From Macrostomum lignano (Eukaryota), in assembly GCA_002269645.1 (NCBI GenBank), contig NIVC01000065.1, positions 260,977 through 324,976 on the forward strand: a DNA stretch of 64,000 nucleotides, in the 5' to 3' direction. The position numbers and the translations under genes were made by a program. Positions 1-36,464 of the stretch are shown in pieces (the first letter of the stretch is position 1; the number at the start of each line of letters is the position of its first letter). The notes beneath the pieces are model-generated. The model was not told the DNA's origin, did not search any database, and saw only the letters and a program-made list of their open reading frames with translations.

Positions 1-17
1 TCAGCTACGCCGCAGCA

Positions 18-955
18 GACTCGAGTTGAGGAAAGAAGACAGTTAAATTTCTTTAATCTGCTTCACTGCTAAAGGTATCCTTCAGGGGAACTGGTGCTAC
101 CCTTCAGGGGAACTGATGCTACCCTGAAGGGGAACTGATGCTACCCTTCAGGGGAACTGATGCTACCCTGAAGGGGAACTGATGCTACCCTTCAGGGGAA
201 ATGATGCTACCCTTCAGGGGAACTGATGCTACCCTTCAGGGGAACTGATGCTACCCTTCAGGGGAACTGATGCTACCTTCAGGGGAGGTGATGCTACCCT
301 TCAGGGGAACTGATGCTACCCTTCAGGGGAACTGATGCTACCCTTCAGAGGGAACTGATGCTACCCTTCAGGGGAACTGATGCTACCCTTCAGGGGAACT
401 GATGCTACCCTGAAGGGGAACTGATGCTACCCTGAAGGGGAACTGATGCTACCCTTCAGGGGAACTGATGCTACCCTGAAGGAGGTGATGCTAACCTTCA
501 GGGGAGGTGATGCTCTCCTTCAGAGGAGGTGATGCTAACCTTCAGGGGAGGTGATGCTCTCCTTCAGAGGAGGTGATGCTAACCTTCAGGGGAGGTGATG
601 CTCTCCTTCAGGGGAGGTGATGCTAACCTTCAGTGGAGGTGATGCTCTCCTTCAGAGGAGGTGATGCTCTCCTTCAGGGGAGGTGATGCTAACCTTCAGG
701 GGAGGTGATGCTCTCCTTCAGGGAGGTGATGCTCTCCTTCAGGGGAGGTGATGCTATCCTTCAGGGGTGCTATCCTTCAGGGGAGGTGATGCTATCCTTC
801 AGGGGAGGTGATGCTAACCTTCAGAGGAGCTGATGCTCTCCTTTGGGGGAAATAATGCTATCCTTCAGGGGAGGTGATGCTAACCTTCAGAGGAGGTGAT
901 GCTCTCCTTTGGGGGAAATAATGCTATCCTTCAGGGGAGGTGATGCTTTTTTCAG
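18..955. repeat. Minisatellite, ~22-bp unit GATGCTACCCTTCAGGGGAACT
   Basis: Tandem units visible; variants shift toward GGGGAGGT in the 3' half. Confidence 0.95.
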
Positions 956-1539
956 AACTGATGCTATTACTTAACTTTGATTTATGCTATTTTACAAAAA
1001 TTTTACCGAACAAAAAAAAAAAAAAAAAAACGGAGTTTTCATTTCATTTTGAAATGTCACATCACTCGAAGTCCTAGATAAATAGTGACAAAATCTTATT
1101 TCAATTTATAAACAAAATGAAAAATCCAACCAACAAGAATAACAATTCATATGATTTGAAACTCGGTCCAGTTCAAATTTGCATGTAAATTTCTTTTATA
1201 ACATTGGTTTATATTTTATGCACTGTTGAAAACATACAATATTTATATGTTAACTCACGCTAGCGCAGTGAAGGCATATTAAATTCGAAGCTGGTTTTAA
1301 ACTCATTATAAAACTCTTAGCACGCGGTAAACACAATATAACATGCATAATAATAATAATAGATATTATTAAACAAGAGTAAAAGCAGAGACACAGAGAG
1401 CAAAAAACCCAGACTGACATATCGAAGCAGTTAAAAAACGGGCTCTGAAATATAGAAAAAAAATATTGTATTTCATGCACACGAGTTTTTGAAAACTTGA
1501 TTGTTGTTCATTTTGCACGTCATAATAACAATTGATTAC

Positions 1540-1700
1540 ACCTGCCCCAATTGGCTGTTCAGTCCAAGGACTGGGAGGTTGCTGCACCTACCCTTAATAC
1601 CCCCAGCTAATGCTCAAGGACACAAATTGTTCCGAGTGGGATCAGGAGTCGAACCCCCGACCTTCAAGTCGTGAGGCCGACTCTCTAACCACTAGCTAGT
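1540..1700 (-). mobile_element. tRNA-derived SINE-like element
   Basis: Minus strand has an A box (TAGCTAGTGG), a tRNA-Val(CAC)-like arm GTCGGCCTCACGAC and a B box (GGTTCGACTCC). There is no acceptor stem; an unrelated body TTTGTGTCCTTGAGCA... follows. Confidence 0.65.
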
Positions 1701-2224
1701 GAACAAAACCATACGCACGTCATACTACTAGTATAGTAACAATATAAACAATATGTATAGTACAAGAGGGTCTCCGAACTCCGTACAAGAGGGAAACGAA
1801 AAAATAACACAAACAAGATTAATATGCAGTATAGAGATTGACATTAAATAGACACTGCATTATAAGAGAAAAAACAATTACTTTAAATTTAGCTAAGAAA
1901 ACAAAAATATAAAAGAAAATAAAATTAGTTTTTAAAAGTTCATGCGATTATATTTCGAGATAGAAGAATTCAGACGGCTTGGAGCCTCAGACTGACTAGT
2001 GACTGCTACTGCTTTCGTTATTTTGTAAACAAACAAATAAATAAAAAAACACGTGATTCACACAGAGACTCTCCATATTATAACGCGGGATTGCAAAATA
2101 CGTTCTGTGACGTAAATAAAACACACAATTAAAGAGTTACAATTGAGGTGAATAGAAATAAGTGGAAATTGATTAACTCTGCCACTTCGAATGACTATTC
2201 TGGTTAAACGGGGTGTTTATTTAT

Positions 2225-3745
2225 GTTGAAACTGGTTGTTTATTGATGTTGAAACTGGTTGTTTATTGATGTTGAAACTGGTTGTTTATTGATGTTGAAA
2301 CTGGTTGTTTATTGATGTTGAAACTGGTTGTTTATTGATGTTGAAACTGGTTGTTTATTGATGTTGAAACTGGTTGTTTATTGATGTTGAAACTGGTTGT
2401 TTATTGATTTTGAAACTGGTTGTTTATTGATTTTGAAACTGGTTGTTTATTGATTTTGAAACTGGTTGTTTATTGATTTTGAAACTGGTTGTTTATTGAT
2501 GTTGAAACTGGTTGTTTATTGATTTTGAAACTGGTTGTTTATTGATTTTGAAACTGGTTGTTTATTGATGTTGAAACTGGTTGTTTATTGATTTTGAAAC
2601 TGGTTGTTTATTGATTTTGAAACTGGTTGTTTATTGATTTTGAAACTGGTTGTTTATTGATTTTGAAACTGGTTGTTTATTGATTTTGAAACTGGTTGTT
2701 TATTGATTTTGAAACTGGTTGTTTATTGATTTTGAAACTGGTTGTTTATTGATTTTGAAACTGGTTGTTTATTGATTTTGAAACTGGTTGTTTATTGATT
2801 TTGAAACTGGTTGTTTATTGATTTTGAAACTGGTTGTTTATTGATTTTGAAACTGGTTGTTTATTGATTTTGAAACTGGTTGTTTATTGATGTTGAAACT
2901 GGTTGTTTATTGATTTTGAAACTGGTTGTTTATTTATGTTGAAACTGGTTGTTTATTGATTTTGAAACTGGTTGTTTATTGATGTTGAAACTGGTTGTTA
3001 ATTGATTTTAAAACTGGTTATTTATTGATTTTGAAACTGGTTGTTTATTGATTTTGAAACTGGTTGTTTATTGATGTTGAAACTGGTTGTTTATTGATTT
3101 TGAAACTGGTTGTTTATTGATTTTGAAACTGGTTATTTATTGATTTTGAAACTGGTTGTTTATTGATTTTGAAACTTGTTGTTTATTGATTTTGAAACTG
3201 TTTGTTTATTGATTTGGAAACTGGTTGTTTATTGATTTTGAAACTGTTTGTTTATTGATGTTGAAACTGGTTGTTTATTGATGTTGAAACTGGTTGTTTA
3301 TTGATTTTGAAACTGGTTGTTTATTGGTTTTGAAACTGGTTGTTTATTGATGTTGAAACTGTTTGTTTATTGATTTTGAAACTGTTTGTTTATTGATTTT
3401 GAAACTGGTTGTTTATTGATTTTGAAACTGGTTGTTTATTGATTTTGAAACTGGTTGTTTATTGATTTTGAAACTGGTTGTTTATTGATTTTGAAACTGG
3501 TTGTTTATTGATTTTGAAACTGGTTGTTTATTGATGTTGAAACTGGTTGTTTATTGATGTTGAAACTGGTTGTTTATTGATTTTGAAACTGGTTGTTTAT
3601 TGATTTTGAAACTGGTTATTTATTGATTTTGAAACTGGTTATTTATTGATTTTGAAACTGGTTATTTATTGATTTTGAAACTGGTTATTTATTGATTTGG
3701 AAACTGGTTGTTTATTGATTTTGAAACTGGTTGTTTATTGATTTG
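2225..3745. repeat. Minisatellite, 23-bp unit GAAACTGGTTGTTTATTGATTTT (~65 copies)
   Basis: Tandem units visible. Confidence 0.97.
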
Positions 3746-3970
3746 GACCTCTTGTTTATTTTGAAAGTAGAATCTCTTACAGTACAAATAGAAATATGGA
3801 AAACGTGAGTACTGGCTTCAGTGTGATTCAGAAAAATAACCTAACCTATGAGCCTTGATCCTTAAAACAGCAGCGGTTACAATCCGGTTTGAAAATGGCG
3901 CCAAAAGCTACAGACAACAATCAGTCTGCCTACACGGCGGCAGTTCGCGCAGCTCACAGTTCAACTCGCC

Positions 3971-6943
3971 TCACTTGCCATTGGCAGTCCCGGCAGTCAG
4001 AACCCTCGCAGACCCGCCGCCTCCGCTTGATGCCGCTGCTCGTTTCGGACTGGCGACACCCACGCCGACGCCGCCACCGACATTCATGGGTAGACGGGAC
4101 GCTGCAGACGAAGCTGAAGCTCTACTACTGGACCCTGAGCCAGGTGTGCCACCAGGTGACGAGCCGATCCTTGTTGAAGAAGTCGACGCCGAGGCCGCTG
4201 TCGGTGTACCCGGCGGCCTCGACCGCGGCGTCTCCGGCGTCCGCCTGACGGGCGGTTCCGGTTTCGCGCCCCGACGCCCGGCACCGCCCGAAGTCGCAGT
4301 TGAAGACGTAGCCGAAGACGCCGATGAGGTGGCGGCGGTGTTGGCAGTCAGGCGGAGTCTCAGCGATTCAACTTCTGCCGCGAGCCGGTCCGCCGCTGCC
4401 GCCTCCGCCGCCGCCTGACGGCCCAGCTCGGCGACTTTGTGCTGGGCAGCTGCGGCGACGGCCTCGGCTTTGTCGGCGGCGACTGCTGGATCCAAGGAGC
4501 TGGTCGCTAGCCGAGGCCGTTGAGACTCCAGCTGGCGGCACCGGTCAGTCAGCTCTTTCAGCTGTGCGGTTGCCTGTTTTCTTTGGCGAATCTGTTCCAG
4601 CGCTACAGCTTTCTGCTTGGCATTGCTTGAGCGAATCTCTTCTAGTGCCCGAATCTGGCGCTTCAGTTCCTTCTCTTGGCGCCGATTGTTTGAGCGCTCG
4701 AACTCCAACTGAGGGGCAAGGCGGGTTGGGTTTGATTGTTCAAGTTCAGCTGGCGCTTCAGGACATGGTGGCGTTTGCAGTTTCTGCTACTGCATTATTA
4801 ATAGCGCTTCAGATTAGCCTTATGGGGGCTGATGCTGTTCTTCAGGGCCTGATGCTGCTCTTCAGGGCCTGATTCTGTTCTTCAGGGCCTGATGCTGCTC
4901 TTCAGGGCCTGATGCTATTCTTCAGGGCCTGATGCTATTCTTCAGAGCCTGATGCTATTCTTCAGGGCCTGATGCTATTCTTCAGGGCCTGATGCTGCTC
5001 TTCAGGGCCTGATGCTGTTCTTCAGGGCCTGATGCTATTCTTCAGGGCCTGATGCTGCTCTTCAGGGCCTGATGCTATTCTTCAGGGCCTGATGCTGCTC
5101 TTCAGGGCCTGATGCTGTTCTTCAGGGCCTGATGCTATTCTTCAGGGCCTGATGCTATTCTTCAGAGCCTGATGCTATTCTTCAGGGCCTGATGCTATTC
5201 TTCAGGGCCTGATGCTACTTTTCAGGGCCTTTTTTGACAGGCTATCTGCCAGCAGTAAACCAGTCAGCTCATACATGCGCAACCCCCTGATTTACACTGG
5301 CCATGCGACTTACCTGTAAAAACCCTAACGCAATTTTTGGTAAACGGCAGGAGTAACTATGACTGTCTTATAAGGGCTAAATGCCTCGTCATCTAATTAG
5401 TACTACGTCTGTATTCTTTAGGCTGGGCTTTTTTGCGACTTACCCCTGGTCCACCACAATTTACGGTGGCCAGATCGGCCAGGTCGGCCAGCAGTTGCGC
5501 ATATATGAGTCAGCTCTCCACTCACCTCATTGAGCAGTCGCTCTCGTTCTTTGCCGAGGCCTGCCAGCACGTCATCGCCTTCGGCCGAGTCCTGTTCGTG
5601 CTTGCAGCGCTCGTCGATCAGGTCGCGGGAGGCCTGGAATAGAGCAGAGTGCACTGTTAGAATAGCTATATAATATCGCGAGAAAGTCAATCCCAAAGCT
5701 TAGGTTTCCTAAGCCATAAATATAGGGATTCCAGGGAACCTTAATCCTAAAGCTAGGGAACCCTAATCCCAAAGCTAGGGAACCCTAATCCCAAAGCTAG
5801 GGAACCCTAATCCCAAAGCTAGGGAACCCTAATCCCAAAGCTAGGGAACCCTAATCCCAAAGCTAGTAACCCTAATCCCAAAGCTAGTAACCCTAATCCC
5901 AAAGCTAGGGAACCCTTATCCCAAAGCTAGGGAACCCTAATCCCAAAGCGAGTAACCCTAATCCCAAAGCTAGGGAACCTAATCCCAAAGCGAGTAACCC
6001 TAATCCCAAAGCTAGGGAACCCTAATCCCAAAGCTAGGGAACCCTAATCCCAAAGCTAGGAAACCCTAATCCCAAAGCTAGTAACCCTAATCCCAAAGCT
6101 AGTAACCTTACTCCCAAAGCTAGTAACCCTAATCCCAAAGCTAGTAACCTTACTCCTAAAGCTAGGAAACCCTAATCCCAAAGCTAGTAACCCTAATCCC
6201 AAAGCTAGTAACCCTAATCCCAAAGCTAGTAACCCTAATCCCAAAGCTAGGGAACCCTAATCCCAAAGCCAGTGACCCTAATCCCAAGGCTAGGAGGCCT
6301 CTCGAATCCCAAAAAATCTTAAGCTGGGAGCATTAATATTAAAGTCATCCAAATTAGCCAAAATTCAGACAGCTCGCTAGCAACAATAATGAGCATCCCA
6401 GTTCCTCACCTTCTTAAGCTTATTCCGCAATCCTTCCAACTGTACAGTCATGCAAGCGTGCGCACGACGTTGCACCTCGATTAGATTCTCCAACTGGCCC
6501 ATCTGGCTCTCCTCGTCAACTGTTGGCTTGTCGTCTGGTTGGCCATTGGCGGATTTTGCTGCACCTTGATCAGAGGACTGATTTCCTGAACTGGCGCCCA
6601 GGGCGGAGCTGAATGTATCTGGCAGAACAAGCCTGACGTATTTGGCCTGATAGAATGCCAACCTGGATTTGCTAGCTCTCAATGCTGCTATGGCCGCATC
6701 GGCCGCTTGCAATTCCGACTCTAAATAAGACAGGCTGCGAAGTAGTTCCACTTTAGACGGAGCGGAAGCTACTAATGCATTTGAATCGGGCGTTGGCGAT
6801 ACTCGAATAACCGAATCTGACAGGCGAGACAAATCGATAATATCATCCGGATCGGTGAAATATTGTTCCTCGTCTGCTTCTTCTATTGCTGCTTCAACTT
6901 CTTTGCCATTTTCTACTCGATTCTGATTGGCTACTGCTGACAT
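3971..6943 (-). CDS. CTTNBP2NL: Cortactin-binding protein 2 family (CTTNBP2/CTTNBP2NL-like), ~459 aa; exons 6943-6410, 5633-5526, 4708-3971
   Basis: Phase-0 GT-AG junctions give SKVELLRSLSYLESELQAADAAIAALR...RDLIDERCKHEQDSAEGDDVLAGLGKERERLLNE|LEFER. This matches the CortBP2 domain (SKPELLTLFSILEGELEARD...EERQRHAQDTAEGDDVTYMLEKERERLTQQLEFEK), followed by coiled coil and a Ser/Pro-rich tail. Confidence 0.85.
4825..5230. repeat. Intronic minisatellite, 20-bp unit GATGCTATTCTTCAGGGCCT
   Basis: Tandem units; shares its core with the array at 18-955. Confidence 0.95.
5270..5507 (+). mobile_element. hAT-type MITE copy 1 (238 bp) carrying a 28S rRNA H69-H71 fragment
   Basis: 14-bp TIRs CATACATGCGCAAC / GTTGCGCATATATG; perfect 8-bp TSD AGTCAGCT (5262-5269, 5508-5515); 5339-5401 matches conserved eukaryotic 28S sequence at 55/63. 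Confidence 0.9.
5700..6290. repeat. Intronic minisatellite, 22-bp unit CCCTAATCCCAAAGCTAGGGAA
   Basis: Tandem units; each has CCCTAA and a CCCTA/TAGGG inverted pair. Confidence 0.95.
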
Positions 6944-7644
6944 GCCGGGTGAAATGCTGACGCCAATGATTGATTGCCTGGCAAGTTGGGTCAAAGAAGA
7001 AGCTTCAGAAGGCGCTTAGGGCCCCTCCCTGTAGCCAGGATTGAAGCTGAATATTTGAGGCACACAGAAAATTTGCTATGTAGATAAAGAATTTCTCTCA
7101 ATAAGCAGAAAGTGTTGTAAAAATGGTATAGTTGTTTCCGTATAAACATTTGTGCTAATTAGTGACTAAGAATATTCATTCTTTTTTCATATGGGTTTTT
7201 TAATTCTATTCTAGTTTGACATCATACATGCACAACGACCAGAATTTCCCTGCACCTTTGCAACATGGTTTTTTTCCAACATGACTAGCTTTTACCTTTG
7301 AGCTGCACAAAGTTTAAATCATTTTTTCTATTTGGCATCAACTATTAATTGATTTTTTTACCTGCCTAGATAGGCTAGGTAGGCCTATCATAATTGATAA
7401 TCAACCTAGGGACAACTAAAGCAGCTTGTTATGATAATACTCATTGTTTTAGTTGTCCTTCAATCAATGATTATTTTAAAGTAGAAACAGAAAACATGGC
7501 TTTAAGGTGCATATTCTTCAAGTAACAACTATATTACATTTACAAAGTTTCTTATAATCATTGTAATAGACAAAATTGTTAAACATAAAGCTTTTTTCTA
7601 CTAGCCTAGGCCTATTTTTTATAAAAAAAGTATACTTTATTGAT

Positions 7645-7930
7645 CATACATGTGCAACAGTCGGCCGATCCGGCCGACTGATTTGGCGGCCAATCAAGGA
7701 AGTCGCAAAAATGCCCACCCAAAAAAGGAGTAGTAGTAGTACTAAGTAGCTGACGAGGAATTTTTACTTAATAAGACAGTTATAGTTACTCCTGCCGTTT
7801 ACCCAAAATTGTGTTAATTATGCTTTAGGTTATTTTACATGTAAGTTGCATTTTTGGCCAAAAACTACGTCACATTTTTGTTAAAACTAAGTTGCATGGC
7901 CGACCAAATTTTGGAGGTTGCGCATATATG
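7645..7930 (-). mobile_element. hAT-type MITE copy 2 (286 bp), same family, inverted
   Basis: TIRs CATACATGTGCAAC / GTTGCGCATATATG; perfect 8-bp TSD TTATTGAT (7637-7644, 7931-7938); minus strand has GGTAAACGGCAGGAGTAACTATAACTGTCTT...AAATTCCTCGTCAGCTACTTAGT. Confidence 0.9.
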
Positions 7931-8580
7931 TTATTGATGTTAGTATAATATAAGGCCTAACTAATTGTGTAGAGATAAAAAATCCTATTATAGAATAAGT
8001 TTATAAATATAGGGATAAAAAGAAATTTAATAAAATATAGCTAAGGTTTATTTTCATAAAAGGAATATTATAGCATCCTTAATTTCTTAATTGCATCCTA
8101 AAATTTGACCTTAGACGATTATTATCTTTTTTTGTAAATAGAAATTGCAACCTTAGGTTAAAAATGAAAATTAAAAACTAGACCCTATGTGCAAGTTTGT
8201 AACCTAATAGAACAAAAACTTTCATTATTAAAAATAGACTTGAACATTAACTTTTATTATCTACAATTCTGACATTAAATCATGAAATATTTATGTATCA
8301 AATTTATATAACAACTAGACAAAAAGCTAGGGATATTTACTTACTCATATCTATATTTAAATTTCTACTATAAAAATGGATATGACTATAGGAAATTATA
8401 GATATTGACATTTTTAGATAGAATATAGAGATACAGATATGGCTATAAGAACATATATTTCACACATCTAGTTCCTATTTTTAAGCCATTCAGTAACTTA
8501 AAAGACCATTGCAGCTATTATTTGATATGATGGATAGGGGTATAAGTAGAGCTATAAAAATGCTTACAACTAAATGAATA

Positions 8581-8720
8581 TTTATGTATGCAACCCCCTG
8601 ATTTACACTAGCAGTACAACTTTTTTTGACCAAAATGCTATTTAAATATAAAGAAAACCTAAGCAAAACTTTTGTAATTTTTGATAAATGGTAAGAGTAA
8701 CTATAAATATATTATTAAGA
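8581..8720 (+). mobile_element. Decayed MITE copy 3 (left arm and eroded rRNA-like core)
   Basis: GCAACCCCCTGATTTACACT is identical to copy 1; degenerate GATAAATGGTAAGAGTAACTATA follows; right end and TSD not found. Confidence 0.65.
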
Positions 8721-11281
8721 TATACAAGATGACTTTTTGCCTTCTATCAAGTTTATTTTTTATCTTTTATATGGAAATATAAATTATCAAATATATATAC
8801 ATAATATATAGATACTTTAGTAATCTGTACCCTTGTTCAATATTTTCTAGATCCAAACCAAAAAAAGCATGTCTATTATATACTAGCCTATATATCATAC
8901 TCTAATTCATAGCTCACTCTCAGTTTTTTATTTGCAAAATTTTAATCTGTTCTAATTTAATGATTAAAATAACTTTAAAATCAAGTTAGATAGCTTTGTA
9001 AACCAAAACTATACCAAAAAAATTAGAAACCTTTTTAATCCTAGGCCTAGGATCTTGAAATCTTAAGATTGGCAAAGTTTACCAAATTGGGATTTTGTAT
9101 TCCATACTCATACAAAAAATCACAATAAGTGAGAATAATTCCATTTTTAGTTTGTTTGTAAAAAATGTTGGTTTTTGAATAAGCCTATGGCCCTATGCTG
9201 CCTAGGTATAAGTATAATAGAACTAAAGTCAATGATAGGAGGCAATGTAGTTGATTGCCTTCCCAAAATTTCAATGACATCAATAATTATATTATAGCCA
9301 AAATATAATAATATACCAATATGCCAAAAAGGCTTTTTCATCTAAGATATATTTGATTTTGCCTTTGTATTGTCCTTCTAAATTTTTTTTCTTTTGTCAC
9401 ATTTGCTCTTGAATAAAAGCAATTTTTATGCAATGGGGAATAGTGATACCCTACACTTACAAAAAGGCAGCAGACAAAATAACTGTATTATATCTACCAA
9501 TATTTATTGATCTTGCATTGAACTAAAGCCAAGGTAAAAATGTAGCATATTGATTTTCTAATTTTCTTAGTATAGCCATAGGGCCTAATTTAAGCTAGAA
9601 CTAGACCTAGGGCCTAATGCCTTTTTCAGGAACTGAAATGACTCTTTCATTAGAGACAGCATAGCAATAACCATAGTAATAGCCTAGGTCTATGGCTATG
9701 CTATGGCTAGGCCCCAGTCTATGCGTTAATGCGTGCAAGATCAAAGATCCGAAGATGCAACAAATGTGAAAAATTGCGCATCCTGACTTTAGAACTTGTA
9801 TAGGGGTCTACTAAACTGGAGCGCATATTGCTTGGTATCGATTTTTTTTACGAAAAACCAGTCTGTAAATGAAAACCGACGTCCGACGTTAATATTATAC
9901 ATTGGTAGTTATTAAATGCATGCATTTTAGACCTCTTCATTTGCATAAGTATATAAATTACTCAGGGGGGCTTCACAGCGAAAACTTTTATGAACTTTGA
10001 AATTTAGTCCTATTTGTTATTATTTTAAACAAAATGTACAGCTAAGTTTTCTAATAGCCCACTACTTGATATTCGAAAGCAAAATTTATGATTTATATAC
10101 TAAAAACCACAGATTTATAAATTTTAAATCTCTTTTTATGCTATTAACTATGGTAAATAAGAGACATCTAACTTGGCTGCAACGAACTATTATTATCTAA
10201 TTTATCACTGAAACACTTTACATTAAGGTTTTGTATTCACTATATATTATGCGCATTGGCAAATATTTTATGAATTTAATGAGAGCTCATAGCCAATAAA
10301 ACTTTTTCCATATTTTTTCGACATTTTGAATGCGCATACTTCATATATAAAAGCAAAGTTAAGTACAGGAGATGTAGAACGACGCAACGCAACTCCAGTC
10401 ACGTCACGATCCTATAGGGATCCTTTATGGTTTGGACAGATATCATAAAAGCATGGGGTCAGTTTACGTATAGAATTTAGTGTGGGTTCAATGAAATTGA
10501 CAAATTAATTGGCGGGTTAGATTAAATACATTGAAGTAGATTCAAAAGGTTCGATTTTATTGAACCAGCAATACATCTAATTATAATTTCTATGTTTTTA
10601 AAGTTGATAATGAACACTTAGTGTGTGATACTTATTATAAGTACCTATTCTAATGTTTTAAAATTATTTAATCAATCGCAAACAGTTATAATATTTTGAA
10701 AAATTTTCTAAATGAATAAATTCATACAGATACTATTACTATCTATCATAAAATGTTTTCCTTTTAGTGAGAGTAGCTCACTGACTTTTACTTAAAAGCT
10801 TTGAATTGTCAAGAATATATTTTTCTGCGAAAAAAAATTGCCAAGAACAATCTTGATGCTTTATTTGCTTAAGGATTATTTATAGAAAATGATGTACATA
10901 TCTGAACATCCATGTTTTAATATAAAAATTAAGGAAAATCCTTCTATTTGAGGCTTACCACAAATCAGTTAAAAATGTATAGACTTTTTTAAAGAAAATT
11001 CACTAATTAGCTATATGTAAGATAGCTTTTCATCAAGTCGAAAGTTTAAAGTTTAAGTTTAAAATGAATAATACCAAATTTGAAATTACTCAAATTTGTA
11101 AAACTAAGCAAGCCATTTGTGGCTTTATAGTACCTATAATTTTTTTATGCTTGGAGGTTTAAATTTTTCTCATCAGTGCTTTTGGCAGAAACTTTAAGAC
11201 TTGTCATTTGTAAATCAATGTATTATGACCTTTCCAGTCCTGATGAATCTTGAGAAAACCAAATTATAAAGAAGGCAAAAG

Positions 11282-35803
<24,522 letters not shown>

Positions 35804-36464
35804 AAGTTTAATTGAGACATTTCCAATGCGAGAGATGAAAAACTTTTTAATGTAAAACAGTTGAACTTGTAACGGACACGTAGCATGTTTATTGTTTTGC
35901 AGTATAAATAACCCCAAATTTACATATTTAATTGTAGATGCTGTTGAAACGGCTAAACTTATTAGACATATTTAGCAAGTCCCTCCTATTGATAGTGTGC
36001 GCTAACTCGAGAATTAAACAATTGCAAAAATTCTACACTGCTAACTTACCTCGTACACTCTGGAGTCTTGGATTTGACTGACCCGAACCAAAACATTGCA
36101 ACACCAACACCTAATGTAGTATTTTACACGACCAATAAGTTACATTTTTTATACAAATTCGAATATTTTTCTCGACTGTGTATTCCAGCTTGAGGTTTCT
36201 GTTTTTATATTATTATGGTTAAGTTAATAATAAACTCCTAACCTGTATGCTAACCATTGCATGTGATTAAAAATTCAACATTTCTATTATAAACGGATTC
36301 ATTTAAATTTCAACAATATTGATTGACTGGGTGCATATTATTTTATTACTTTTATTATGGGAGCCTGATATTTAAATTAGTGCATAATCCATTGCTTATT
36401 TAAAAACTTAAAATGGCGTAAGATTGATAAGATGAAAATTTAAACTGCTACCTTACAGTTCAGA

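Noticed and set aside
3855-4872. Plus-strand ORFs overlapping the CTTNBP2-like last exon
   Set aside because: Shadow frames of a GC-rich exon with no homology
5339-5401. rRNA gene or group I intron flank
   Set aside because: Only 63 nt, bounded by TIRs and TSD; no other rRNA sequence or group I core seen
5700-6290. Interstitial telomere
   Set aside because: CCCTAA occurs once per 22-bp unit, not as tandem hexamers
7223-7236. Fourth MITE start CATACATGCACAAC
   Set aside because: No matching right TIR, TSD or rRNA core found
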